Virus record (IMG/VR): IMGVR_UViG_3300029955_000017
From: an uncultured virus (IMG/VR IMGVR_UViG_3300029955_000017)
Taxonomy: Duplodnaviria; Heunggongvirae; Uroviricota; Caudoviricetes
Length of the DNA: 64,000 nucleotides
Reading direction: 5' to 3' (one strand)
Program-made: the position numbers and the translations under genes
In this document: piece by piece, positions 38,315 through 47,126 of the stretch
Position numbering within the stretch: position 1 is the first letter of the stretch
Layout of the letters: the number at the start of each line of letters is the position of its first letter
The notes under the pieces: model-generated
Database searches by the model: none
Seen by the model: only the letters and a program-made list of their open reading frames with translations
Told to the model about the DNA's origin: nothing

Positions 38315-38341
38315 GCGCCCAAGGCTACCACGCTCTTTTTG

Positions 38342-38647
38342 TTAGCCCTCGGTTACGGCCGCATCGCCGTGGCTGTGCTTCACATCGGAAAATGTACTGG
38401 CGTTAACGCGTCGATGGTGTCCAACAAGTAATAGAACGAAGGGCTCCAAGCTTGCCGGCGACGAAGCCCTTCGTTCGGGAGTGTCCATGAGGAATTTAGC
38501 CCCTTCTCCGCGCGCAGGCAACGGGAACGTTGAGCCTTCGCTGTAGACGCCGCCGTTCAGCTTATCCCAGCGTGCTCGGTTCATTTCTTCTTTTCGCAGC
38601 GTCTGAATGACGCCTTCATCCGTTGCACAGCTTTTGTTCTCGCACAT
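38342..38647 (-). CDS. hypothetical protein
   Basis: 101-aa ORF in minus block. Confidence 0.5.
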   Translation of the reverse strand: MCENKSCATDEGVIQTLRKEEMNRARWDKLNGGVYSEGSTFPLPARGEGAKFLMDTPERRASSPASLEPFVLLLVGHHRRVNASTFSDVKHSHGDAAVTEG

Positions 38648-38682
38648 GGGAATGTCTTTTCGTATCGAAGGTACAAATGAAT

Positions 38683-38706
38683 GAAGCGGGCCCCTCGGCC
38701 CGCTTC
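38683..38706 (-). terminator. Hairpin GAAGCGGGCC-N4-GGCCCGCTTC
   Basis: Perfect 10-bp stem after stop at 38728. Confidence 0.65.
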
Positions 38707-38727
38707 CTGTAGTGTCAATGGGTTGGG

Positions 38728-39519
38728 TTACGCTTTCTGAGAACGCGCTTCCTCGTACACTGTGATGGCCTGGTACATCCAGCGTTCGCGCCCGATCATG
38801 GCCTTGACACCGGGCAGTGGCTTGGACAACCCACCGCGCAGGTGTTCATATATAAACAGCAGCCGAAAGATTTGAAGGTACTCTTGGTACGTCGATTGCG
38901 TGGCATTGTCCGACAAGGATGCCAACGCCACCTTGCGCGCGCGGGCGAAGGGTTCGGTATCGGCCTTCGTCAATTGGTCAACAGCATACCGAACTTGTTG
39001 TTGTTCTTTCCGGCGCTGGGCCTCGCACTCATCAAGGGACGGCATAGGCCGCGCCTCCATACTCTCGCAATCGAAACTCTCGCAATCGAACTGCCGCAGC
39101 CCAAATAAAACCCGGGCTCGATCTTCAGCGATGTTCATCGTGCTCTCCTTATCACCCTTCATCATCGTATCTGTGGTTTCCATCCGCTCGATACGGCACT
39201 CCGCGGGGCCACGTCTCCGACGTCTGCCGCCGGACGTCTGCCGCCGGACGTCTGCGAGCGCGCCACCGAAGTCGATCTCGGCGGCCGGCGGGTACGTCGG
39301 ATCGCACTGCACGATGCAGCAATCTTCCGTCGCGTCGGAGCACCAGCCCGGCTCACTCGGCTGGGGCCACACTTCGTCCCCGATCCCTGGGAACAGCTTT
39401 TCCCGAAGTTGTTTCCGCTCGCGGATCTGGCCGGCCTCTCGCGTGTCCCGGTTTACAAGGTTTCGAACGTATGCCCGCGCCAGCCGTGACGGGTTTAAAA
39501 ATCCGCGTGTCATCAGCAT
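38728..39519 (-). CDS. Two hypothetical genes (39519-39152 and 39138-38728) fused by a 14-bp duplication
   Basis: Internal AAGGAG RBS + ATG 39138; alternative-frame stop at 39152. Confidence 0.55.
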   Translation of the reverse strand: MLMTRGFLNPSRLARAYVRNLVNRDTREAGQIRERKQLREKLFPGIGDEVWPQPSEPGWCSDATEDCCIVQCDPTYPPAAEIDFGGALADVRRQTSGGRRRRRGPAECRIERMETTDTMMKGDKESTMNIAEDRARVLFGLRQFDCESFDCESMEARPMPSLDECEAQRRKEQQQVRYAVDQLTKADTEPFARARKVALASLSDNATQSTYQEYLQIFRLLFIYEHLRGGLSKPLPGVKAMIGRERWMYQAITVYEEARSQKA

Positions 39520-39535
39520 GATGCTACGATTGTAT

Positions 39536-40132
39536 ATGCAAACGTCGACTTGCGCGCCGCTAAACGCGAAAGCCGATTTTGCGGCGCCAGCCGCAGGAGA
39601 ACACGAGGAAGTTCCCGTGAAAAACGATCGCCTTGCCAACACCGTGCTGTACATGCTTCGCGCGTGTCCAGACGCCGGCCTCACCAAGCTTCTCAAACTG
39701 CTCTACTTTGCCGACTACGAGCACTACCGTGAGCACCTGACCACCATCACTGGTGCCACCTATGTGGCGCTTGCGCGCGGTCCTGTCCTCGACAACTATG
39801 AGGAACACTTCGGGTCGCTTGAGAGTCGTGGGATCATGGCCTCCAGGGAGCCCAACATGGAGGCATTCAGCGACGCTGAACTTGAGACGCTCAGCGCCGT
39901 GGTCCTAAAGTATGGCGGACTGACTGGACGAGCGCTCAGTAACATGACCCACGAAGAAGCTCTTCCATGGTCCTACGCGTGGGATCCGGAGGCTCCGGGG
40001 AATGTGATCCCACCGTCCTTGTTTCGTTGGCTTGAAAACATGCCCAATGAACAAGACGTCGCTACTGCTAGGGCGCGCACTCAAGCAGCATTTACTCGAC
40101 CCGACCCAGGCGCGCCGCCACCTGAGTCCTAA
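39536..40132 (+). CDS. Panacea (DUF4065/SocA/GepA) antitoxin-like protein
   Basis: TKLLKLLYFADY...ITG..Y.A..RGPV...LS.MTHE..PW motifs; start 39536 or GTG 39617. Confidence 0.85.
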   Translation: MQTSTCAPLNAKADFAAPAAGEHEEVPVKNDRLANTVLYMLRACPDAGLTKLLKLLYFADYEHYREHLTTITGATYVALARGPVLDNYEEHFGSLESRGIMASREPNMEAFSDAELETLSAVVLKYGGLTGRALSNMTHEEALPWSYAWDPEAPGNVIPPSLFRWLENMPNEQDVATARARTQAAFTRPDPGAPPPES

Positions 40133-40247
40133 AACTCTGCGACGTATTGGCTCGCACCTCGGCTCTCAGTAGCAGCCATCAATAAGAACCTCAGCAGCCA
40201 GGTGAGGTACGCCTTGCCGTCGTCGCTGGGGGGCATGCGGGGCGGCG

Positions 40248-40874
40248 TCACTGCCTCCTCGTGACGAGCCCGTTGCGCAGCATGGCAGCGTCGGCCGCGA
40301 GCTTGGCGTCGGAGAGGCGGCGAAGCTCGGGGGTGCTCATCCCGCGAGCGTCGTAGCGGGCGTCACCGGCGGCCTTGCCGAACAGGCGGCGAAGCTCGGC
40401 GGAGTAGGCGTCGTCGGCAGCGTAAGCGGCGGCGGAGTTCGTTGCGCTGGTGTTCGTGGTCGGCGTCGACAACGCCTCGCTCGGTGTGGCCTCCGTAGCG
40501 GCTCCCGCGAGCTGCAACAGTAGCTCGCCTGCGTCGCGAGCCTGGGCCGCGCTGAGGTAGGTCGAGATTCCACTCCCCTGGTCGTCCTTGCAGGTGACCA
40601 TCGCCACCCACTCATCTCCGTCCGTCGGCTCGATCACGAACGAACACCAGTCTTCGTCCTCGTATTTTGCGATTAGACTCCGTTTTCGGTGCCGTGCGAC
40701 AGGCGCCACAGGCGCCGGCAGCGAATCCTCGTGCGCCTGTTCAAGGATGGCGTCGACGAGGGCGAGGAGCACAGAGAGGCCGCGCTCGTCGAACCTCGCT
40801 TCGAGCGCAAACCGACTACTGAGGAAGCTCAAACACGCCTTAGCAGCGCCTTCGATATTAGATCTAGACATCAT
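40248..40874 (-). CDS. hypothetical protein
   Basis: GGAGG RBS. Confidence 0.65.
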   Translation of the reverse strand: MMSRSNIEGAAKACLSFLSSRFALEARFDERGLSVLLALVDAILEQAHEDSLPAPVAPVARHRKRSLIAKYEDEDWCSFVIEPTDGDEWVAMVTCKDDQGSGISTYLSAAQARDAGELLLQLAGAATEATPSEALSTPTTNTSATNSAAAYAADDAYSAELRRLFGKAAGDARYDARGMSTPELRRLSDAKLAADAAMLRNGLVTRRQ

Positions 40875-40986
40875 GCCTCCAAGCGTCACCAAGACGCGGC
40901 AAGGTACCCTACCCCCACCTCTGAACGATCCACCACCGCAGCAACAGGATGCGCGACGCGCACGTCGAGCACGGTATCATCGGTCA

Positions 40987-41988
40987 CTACGTACCTCCTG
41001 AGCCGACGCATCGCGAGCGCCCTTCTTTGTCGGCCCATCGGCCGGGGAGCGCGGCGTCGGTAGTGTACTTAACCGCGCCGCGCAGGTCCGCGCCGCTCAT
41101 GTCCGCTCCGCTCAGGTCCGCGTGGCTCAGGTCCGCCTCGTACATGTTCGCGCGGCTCAGGTCCGCCTCGTACATGTCCGCGCCGCTCAGGTCCGCGCCG
41201 CTCATGTCCGCTCCGCGCATGTCCGCTCCGCTCAGGTCCGCGTAGCGCATGTGCGCGCCGCTCAGGTTCGCGTAGCGCATGTTCGCGTCGCACATGTCCG
41301 CGTAGCGCATGTTCGCGTCGCTCATGTCCGCTCCGCTCAGGTCCGCGTGGCACAGATCCGCTCCGCGCAGGTCCGCGTAGCGCATGTTCGCGCCGCGCAG
41401 GTTCGCGCCGCTCAGGTCCGCGTGGCTCAGGTCCGCGCGGCTCAGTTTCGCTCCGCTCAGGTTCGCGCCGCTCAGGTCCGCGTAGCGCATGTGCGTGCCG
41501 CGCAGGTCCGCGTAGCGCATGTGCGCGCCGCGCAGGTTCGCGTGGCTCAGGTCCGCGTGGCTCATGTCCGCGCGGCTCAGTTTCGCTCCGCTCAGGTCCG
41601 CGCCGCTCATGTCCGCTCCGCGCATGTCCGCGCGGCTCAGGTCCGCGCCGCTCATGTCCGCTCCGCGCATGTTCGCGTGGCACAGATCCGCTCCGCTCAT
41701 GTCCGCTCCGCGCATGTTCGCGTGGCACAGGTCCGCGCCGCTCAGGTCCGCGCCGCTCAGGTCCGCGCGGCTCAGGTCCGCGCGGCTCAGGTCCGCGCGG
41801 GGGATTAGCCCCGCGCCCACCAGCCACGCCGCAAACGAGCCCTGCCACGCAGCCAACCAGATCGAGTGTAGTGGCGTCCATGCGACCGAGAGCGACCCCG
41901 ACGGGGCCCACTGGTCAAACAGCGCCAGACCGGCGCTGCAGGCGCGAGCACGCACGAGATCGGCGCGGCTCAGCGTTACCGAGATCAC
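40987..41988 (-). CDS. Pentapeptide repeat protein
   Basis: About 48 A(D/N/H/K)(L/M)xx repeats after an N-terminal RACSAGL domain. Confidence 0.95.
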   Translation of the reverse strand: MISVTLSRADLVRARACSAGLALFDQWAPSGSLSVAWTPLHSIWLAAWQGSFAAWLVGAGLIPRADLSRADLSRADLSGADLSGADLCHANMRGADMSGADLCHANMRGADMSGADLSRADMRGADMSGADLSGAKLSRADMSHADLSHANLRGAHMRYADLRGTHMRYADLSGANLSGAKLSRADLSHADLSGANLRGANMRYADLRGADLCHADLSGADMSDANMRYADMCDANMRYANLSGAHMRYADLSGADMRGADMSGADLSGADMYEADLSRANMYEADLSHADLSGADMSGADLRGAVKYTTDAALPGRWADKEGRSRCVGSGGT

Positions 41989-42173
41989 GCCCGCACCTCC
42001 CCCGCCGACCTGGCGCGCTCGCCGGCGCGGAGCAGTCGGCGCAGGGCGATTGCCTGCCTGCGCGCTCGGGTGCGATCCCGTAGCGCCTCGATCTCCGCGG
42101 CCTGCACCTCGAGTCGGCGCAGGGTCTGTTCTCGGTAGAGCGCATCAAGCTCTGCGGCGAGCGTGGGGCTCAT
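41985..42173 (-). CDS. hypothetical protein
   Basis: GTGA coupling. Confidence 0.55.
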   Translation of the reverse strand: MSPTLAAELDALYREQTLRRLEVQAAEIEALRDRTRARRQAIALRRLLRAGERARSAGEVRA

Positions 42174-42246
42174 GTCGACCCCCGCAGGCTCGACAGGTTT
42201 GCGTTGACTTTTAGGCTGTTCATCGTCGTTCTCCTTTGGTCAGCTC

Positions 42247-42531
42247 TTACTGACCCTTGTACGTGACCCGGCGCACCACCGTGAAGGTCGGTCCCGTGCG
42301 ATGCGCCGAGGCGCGCCCGACGACCACGTATTCCGTGGCGGGGTAAGGCCACGTCGCGAGGGGGCCCGAGGGATCCGCGTTCGGCGTACCGGCGATCTCG
42401 ACGTCTGGCCCGAAGCGCTTACGGGCCGCGTCGAGGATGTCGGGTAGAAGGTGCGTGGCGTAAGCGATTCGAAGCAAGGTGGCGGGCGTGTTGCTGGGCT
42501 TCGAGGTCGTGCAGGTGCTATTCGTGTTCAT
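42247..42531 (-). CDS. hypothetical protein
   Basis: GGAG RBS. Confidence 0.6.
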   Translation of the reverse strand: MNTNSTCTTSKPSNTPATLLRIAYATHLLPDILDAARKRFGPDVEIAGTPNADPSGPLATWPYPATEYVVVGRASAHRTGPTFTVVRRVTYKGQ

Positions 42532-42750
42532 GGGTGGACTCCGGTTGATCGGTGTGCGCCAAGAGCCTTGGCGGCGACTGCAATCGCTACCAGGGCTCGA
42601 CTTTGTTGTGAGCGTAATTACGCCTTGCGAGGCGTCTTGGTTCCTTTCTTTGCCTTCGGAGCAGGCGCCTCGGAGGCGTCGCCGCGTCGGAGCGCGAGGC
42701 GCAGATAGCGCGTCGTCGCGCGTTCGGAGAGGCTGCGGCGCGGCATGCGC

Positions 42751-43218
42751 TCAGCCCTCCCGCACGACGCGACCGCTACGCCCGTCGTTGGAGAGCTGCA
42801 CATGGTGTCCGCGCGTGCAGACGCGGTAGCCGGGCACGTAGCCGGCCTCGTACCAGACGAGCGCGCGACCGCAGCGCGGCGCGGGGCACCGGCACCACGC
42901 GCCACGCTCGTACCAGGCGATCGCAGCACCTTCGGGCCACTCGCCGGGGTATTCCGGCTCGATGGCCAGGCGAAGCCCGAGCTGTTGCGTGGCCCCCCGT
43001 CCGATGCGCACGATCGCGAGCCCGCGCGGCACGGTGCCCTGGAGAGTGACCGTCCAGATCGGGCCGTCGGGGGTATGGGTCGGCGCGGCGACGTTGCCCG
43101 CGCCCTCCAGCGCCTCTCGGACGGGGACCGTGAGGCGCATCTGCTCGTAGACGGGAGGCATGATGCGGAGGCCCTCGGCGCGGCGGATTCGCGGGCTCAC
43201 GACGGTGCGCAGCTTCAT
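42751..43218 (-). CDS. hypothetical Cys-containing protein
   Basis: ATGA coupling with lipoprotein stop; CP..RCGRALVWYEAGYVPGYRVC. Confidence 0.6.
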   Translation of the reverse strand: MKLRTVVSPRIRRAEGLRIMPPVYEQMRLTVPVREALEGAGNVAAPTHTPDGPIWTVTLQGTVPRGLAIVRIGRGATQQLGLRLAIEPEYPGEWPEGAAIAWYERGAWCRCPAPRCGRALVWYEAGYVPGYRVCTRGHHVQLSNDGRSGRVVREG

Positions 43219-43985
43219 GGCGTAACTCCCGTCAACACGGCGCAGAGATGGCTGGTTCCCTGCCATGCGCTGATGAGGCAGACCGAACCCATCGGGCAAT
43301 CGCTGCTGGTGGTGCACGCGGCGTTGCTGAGGGGCGTCGCGCCCGAAGCGCAGACCGAGACGTAGACCTGCTGCGCGCAGCCGGCGCCGGTGTTGAGGTC
43401 CGCATAGAGATAGCACCAGGGGCTCAGCGCATTGGGGCACTCGCCCGTTTGGTTTTGATTCAGGGGGTTACAGGCCGTGAACTGCTCGATGTAACCGCCG
43501 TCGACGCAGGGGCTGATCCCGGCATCTCCCGCATCGGCGGGCGGGTCCGTTGGCCCGGCATCGCTGGGGGTTGCGCCCGAGCTACTGGAAGAGCTGCTGA
43601 CCATCGTTGTGGTTACCTCTGAGGATGAAGAGCTCGAGGACGATGGCACGCTAGCGCCCGAAGATGAGCTCGAAGCGTTCGCGGCAGAGCTCGATGATGA
43701 ACTCGAAGGATCTGCGCCGTTGAGGCAGACCGCGTTGAGCACGCAGTGCAGCAAGGGATTGCAGGTGTTGTCGCTGAAGCAGGGACAGCCTGCCGTTCCG
43801 GGCGAACAGAGAACCACGCTGTGAGTACTCGAAGAGGTGGTGGGCGCGTGGGTCGACGTGGGCGTGTCCACGCCGCCACCGCTTCCCGTGATCACGCCCC
43901 CGCCACAGGCGGTAAGCGCCAAAACGAGCAGAGCTGTAATGGCCACGAGGCCGGCAAGGGGAAGGGAGAGCATCATGTTTTTCAT
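43215..43985 (-). CDS. Myxobacterial-type Cys-rich, Ser-rich lipoprotein
   Basis: Lipobox LTAC-GGG; poly-Ser linkers; DAG/DGG motifs; CSPGTAGCPC and CTTSSDCP..SVC repeats; GGAGG RBS. Confidence 0.8.
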   Translation of the reverse strand: MKNMMLSLPLAGLVAITALLVLALTACGGGVITGSGGGVDTPTSTHAPTTSSSTHSVVLCSPGTAGCPCFSDNTCNPLLHCVLNAVCLNGADPSSSSSSSAANASSSSSGASVPSSSSSSSSEVTTTMVSSSSSSSGATPSDAGPTDPPADAGDAGISPCVDGGYIEQFTACNPLNQNQTGECPNALSPWCYLYADLNTGAGCAQQVYVSVCASGATPLSNAACTTSSDCPMGSVCLISAWQGTSHLCAVLTGVTP

Positions 43986-44149
43986 TGGGTGTTCCTCCGT
44001 GTTCGTTGTGCCTGGAAAGCCCCGGGAATTATGGGAATCGCTAAAGTGGAACGGGTTATCGACGGACAAGACGTTCATAAAGCATACGCGTCCGCAGCGC
44101 GCAGACGCGTATGCTTCACCGCTTGCTGGCCTACCGACAGGGTGCGCTT

Positions 44150-44733
44150 TTACTTTGTAGCGTCATCCCATGAAAGGAAGGAGTGCGGACGGTGGCCCGT
44201 GGCAAGGGCAGCGTCTACTTGAACGCGTTGAACGATCTCGTGGGCTTGCTCCATAACGCGGTCGACCTTGCGCCGACACCGTTGCCTTTCTTCATCGTCG
44301 TAATCCCGCCGCTTGCGCTTCGCCGTAAGCATTTCCCAGGGCGTGACCTCAAACGACACCGGCGGAGCGCGAAATGGTCCTTCTTCGGCCTCTACGGCCG
44401 CGCGAATGTCCGCTTCCATTAGAGTGAGTTCGCGCAGCCCGTACAGCGTTCTTTCGGTATCCCAGCGGGTCTTGAACTCTTCTTTTCGTCGCGCTTGGTA
44501 CACGCAGTACGTGCCACCGCGCAGCTCATTCAAGCAGGTACGGCAGCAAGGAGCTTGCCCAAGCACCAGGCTCTGGTGAGATGCCCCGTGGTGCGAATCG
44601 CTGTTCGGCCACAGGAGCAACGGCACAGCCAACGGCGGCTTCCAGTGACCTCATCACGCTCTGACAACAGCATTTCTACCGTTAAATCGCCGTACGTTCG
44701 ACCACGTAGATCCGCCGTGTTGCTTATTCTCAT
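44150..44733 (-). pseudogene. Frameshifted protein with DLxGxxxGxLTV/WLCRCxCG domain (as in HNH/AP2-associated phage proteins)
   Basis: First frame stops at 44530; the expected CxxC (CCRTC) is in the -1 frame. Confidence 0.55.
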
Positions 44734-44805
44734 TCCTCGGTCTCCAAAAAGAAACGCCGCCAAGGGCGAACTCCCGACGGCGTTGGATTGAAACGTGTTG
44801 GTTGA

Positions 44806-45309
44806 CTACTTCGTGTGGCCGACGTGCTTCATAACGGTGAGCGCGCTGTTCATCTCGGCAAAGCCCGAGTACGCCACCGTCTTCTGCAAGTTCCCCGCGG
44901 CGAGCTGCTGAGTCTTGAAGCTGTTGACCAGGGTGACGAGATCGGTCGCCGCATTGCTGACGGCCTGAACCAGCGCGGCGAAGGTGGGAAGGGGGTTTTG
45001 GGCATCGATGGCGATCTGTACCCCGTCGGCGAGCAGGGCCAAGGTATCATTGACCTTGGCGACTGCAGCCGTGTACGCCGCCGTGATCTGCACTTGGGTG
45101 GCGACGGGCAGGGATCCCTCGATAGACTGAAAGGCCACTTCGGCGTCGAGTAGAACAACCTGGACGATCTGGTCAAACGCCTGAACTCCCGCGACCGGGT
45201 TCGACTGGAAATTCTGCCACCAGGTCGCGGGCGAGGGGCAGCCCGTGCAGCACACCGCGCAGATTCCGACCATCATGGACAACAGCGTCACCGAAATACG
45301 TTTCTTCAT
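44806..45309 (-). CDS. putative lipoprotein / exported protein
   Basis: MKK + hydrophobic stretch + CTGC; GGAG RBS; hairpin downstream. Confidence 0.65.
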   Translation of the reverse strand: MKKRISVTLLSMMVGICAVCCTGCPSPATWWQNFQSNPVAGVQAFDQIVQVVLLDAEVAFQSIEGSLPVATQVQITAAYTAAVAKVNDTLALLADGVQIAIDAQNPLPTFAALVQAVSNAATDLVTLVNSFKTQQLAAGNLQKTVAYSGFAEMNSALTVMKHVGHTK

Positions 45310-45363
45310 CAGTTTCTCCTTTGGGATGAGCGCTTCGTACATACGCCGGATCACTTCCAGACG

Positions 45364-45567
45364 TCAAACGGGTAGCGGAGGCGCTTCCCGCGTCTTCTCG
45401 GGAGTGATCCTAAAGGCGTGGATAGGGCACTCACTTTTGATGACGTCGTGACACGTGCAGCGGCGGGAGGCGACCATGTTGCATTTGATGCAGCGGCCTT
45501 GTTGCCGACCCCCGACCATACCGAACTCAAGGACGTCGCTATGGCAGAGAAAGCAATGCCATTTCAT
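45364..45567 (-). CDS. small Zn-binding protein (paralog A)
   Basis: WHCFLC...GRCIKC...CTCHDV...ECPIH. Confidence 0.7.
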   Translation of the reverse strand: MKWHCFLCHSDVLEFGMVGGRQQGRCIKCNMVASRRCTCHDVIKSECPIHAFRITPEKTREAPPLPV

Positions 45568-45758
45568 CAGACCATCTCCTGGGTTTCTTCACCATCTTCG
45601 GCTTGCCCATGGATAGGGCACTCGTTTTGAGAAACGTCGTGGCAGGCACAGCCGCGGGAGCATGTCATGCCGCAACGTGTACAACGCCCGTGTTGGCGCT
45701 GACCAAGAATCCTGCGGGACTCCACGCGCCCTTCACACAAAAGGCAGAACCAGTGCAT
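45567..45758 (-). CDS. small Zn-binding protein (paralog B)
   Basis: WFCLLC...GRCTRC...CACHDV...ECPIH. Confidence 0.7.
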   Translation of the reverse strand: MHWFCLLCEGRVESRRILGQRQHGRCTRCGMTCSRGCACHDVSQNECPIHGQAEDGEETQEMV

Positions 45759-45759
45759 G

Positions 45760-46071
45760 CTAGGGGACCTTCTTTCCTTGAACGATGAACCCCGCGTCTT
45801 CGGGAACAGTGAGCTGATGCGTTGTTCCCTGAAACGTGAGGGTGACGTTGGCGCTACCGGCCATCGCTCTAATGTCGATAGTGGGCGTTTTGATGGCAAT
45901 GTATCTGGCGGAATGCCTGAAAACAATCAAGGTGCCATGGTCGTTGAAGCGTACGCCGGCGAAGTAGGCGGTCGCCATCAACAACGAGAAAGTGTTGGCA
46001 CCAAGAAGGGGGGCGAAGCGGCGACGGTAAAGCGCTACACGCCGCATATGGTCGCATTGACGGCAGGCCAT
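45760..46071 (-). CDS. hypothetical protein (start uncertain)
   Basis: Fills gap in minus operon. Confidence 0.45.
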   Translation of the reverse strand: MACRQCDHMRRVALYRRRFAPLLGANTFSLLMATAYFAGVRFNDHGTLIVFRHSARYIAIKTPTIDIRAMAGSANVTLTFQGTTHQLTVPEDAGFIVQGKKVP

Positions 46072-46080
46072 TGAAGAAGC

Positions 46081-47064
46081 CTACGAGGACTTCTTGGGCT
46101 GTGGGGTAACGTAGCCGCCGTGGATTGAGTTCGTGGGGATGTCAGGAAGCGGCTTCATGCGGCGGTGAAGCAGTGCTTGCAAACCCTCTCGCGCCGCTTC
46201 TTTGAGCTCGGGGTAATCCTCGGCGCGTTCCGCTGCCGTGCCCTCGACTTTGATGATGACACTCTCCCCTGACAACGTGATTGTAGCCGAGCGCGTGTGC
46301 ACATCGGCATACTCACGCTTTTCACAGGCGGACAGGCGCTCCATAATGCTCGTGGGTAGATCGTGTCGGTGTGCCATGACATGCGTCTCAAGTCGCTGAA
46401 GGCGTGCTTCCAGATCGCTAGACGGTACCTCGTGTGTTGCTGCCGGAGCGCTGGCGGGCGCCGGTTGCGCCTTTTCCAGCGCCGTACGGGGTGCAGACAG
46501 CTCTTCTGCAACTTCTTGAAAGATGGCCGGGGGTACATCGTTAGCGGAACGGTCCGCGTCGTCGTAGGCGTAGGTCCTATTCACATTCTTTTTGGTGATG
46601 AGCTCCGCTTGGAGCAGGCACTTGTCGAGCTCCATGTGCAGAAAGCGTCGATGATGGCGTACGCGCGTGATCCAGGGTTCTCCCAGTGCACTGACGACTT
46701 GGGTGAGGCGCCGCCGGGCGCCTTGCACCGTAGTGGACCCATCTTTTCCGATGCACGCGAAGACGTCGATGATTGCCGCGGGCCATGCGCGGGGCCAGCT
46801 ATACTTCGAAGGATAGCGGGCCGTGGGCCTACTACGCTTTTGAACTTCGTAGTAGTCCCGCAACCATGCCTTGAGCACGCTGATGTTCTCAACAATGAGA
46901 TGCAGGTCGTCGAGCGCTTTATCTGCTTCTTGCAGCGTGGCCCACTTCTCGCTGCGTACCATGTCTTGCCACGTCCTCGCTTTGTTGAGTTCCGTTGCAG
47001 ACCACTCTTCTGCGTTTACGCCACTGGCGTTCGTTTTATTGTCCTTCGTGTGCTTGTCGCTCAT
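46081..47064 (-). CDS. hypothetical protein
   Basis: AAGGA RBS; 327 aa. Confidence 0.7.
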   Translation of the reverse strand: MSDKHTKDNKTNASGVNAEEWSATELNKARTWQDMVRSEKWATLQEADKALDDLHLIVENISVLKAWLRDYYEVQKRSRPTARYPSKYSWPRAWPAAIIDVFACIGKDGSTTVQGARRRLTQVVSALGEPWITRVRHHRRFLHMELDKCLLQAELITKKNVNRTYAYDDADRSANDVPPAIFQEVAEELSAPRTALEKAQPAPASAPAATHEVPSSDLEARLQRLETHVMAHRHDLPTSIMERLSACEKREYADVHTRSATITLSGESVIIKVEGTAAERAEDYPELKEAAREGLQALLHRRMKPLPDIPTNSIHGGYVTPQPKKSS

Positions 47065-47126
47065 GGTATTCCTTTAACAAGTGATCCCCGTATTTGTTGT
47101 GCCATGCACTGTGGTAATTTTGTGGG

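Noticed and set aside
38900..39535. 5' extension making the Panacea ORF 410 aa
   Set aside because: Antisense to RBS-supported minus genes; the domain and promoter start at about 39536
40416..40436. About 19-bp match to the Ala-rich array at 28850
   Set aside because: Explained by the same AAAYAA peptide and codon usage; too short to infer recombination
41069..42214. Repetitive ORFs in other frames and a CRISPR-like look of the 15-bp array
   Set aside because: Shadows of the pentapeptide gene; no constant repeat with unique spacers and no cas genes
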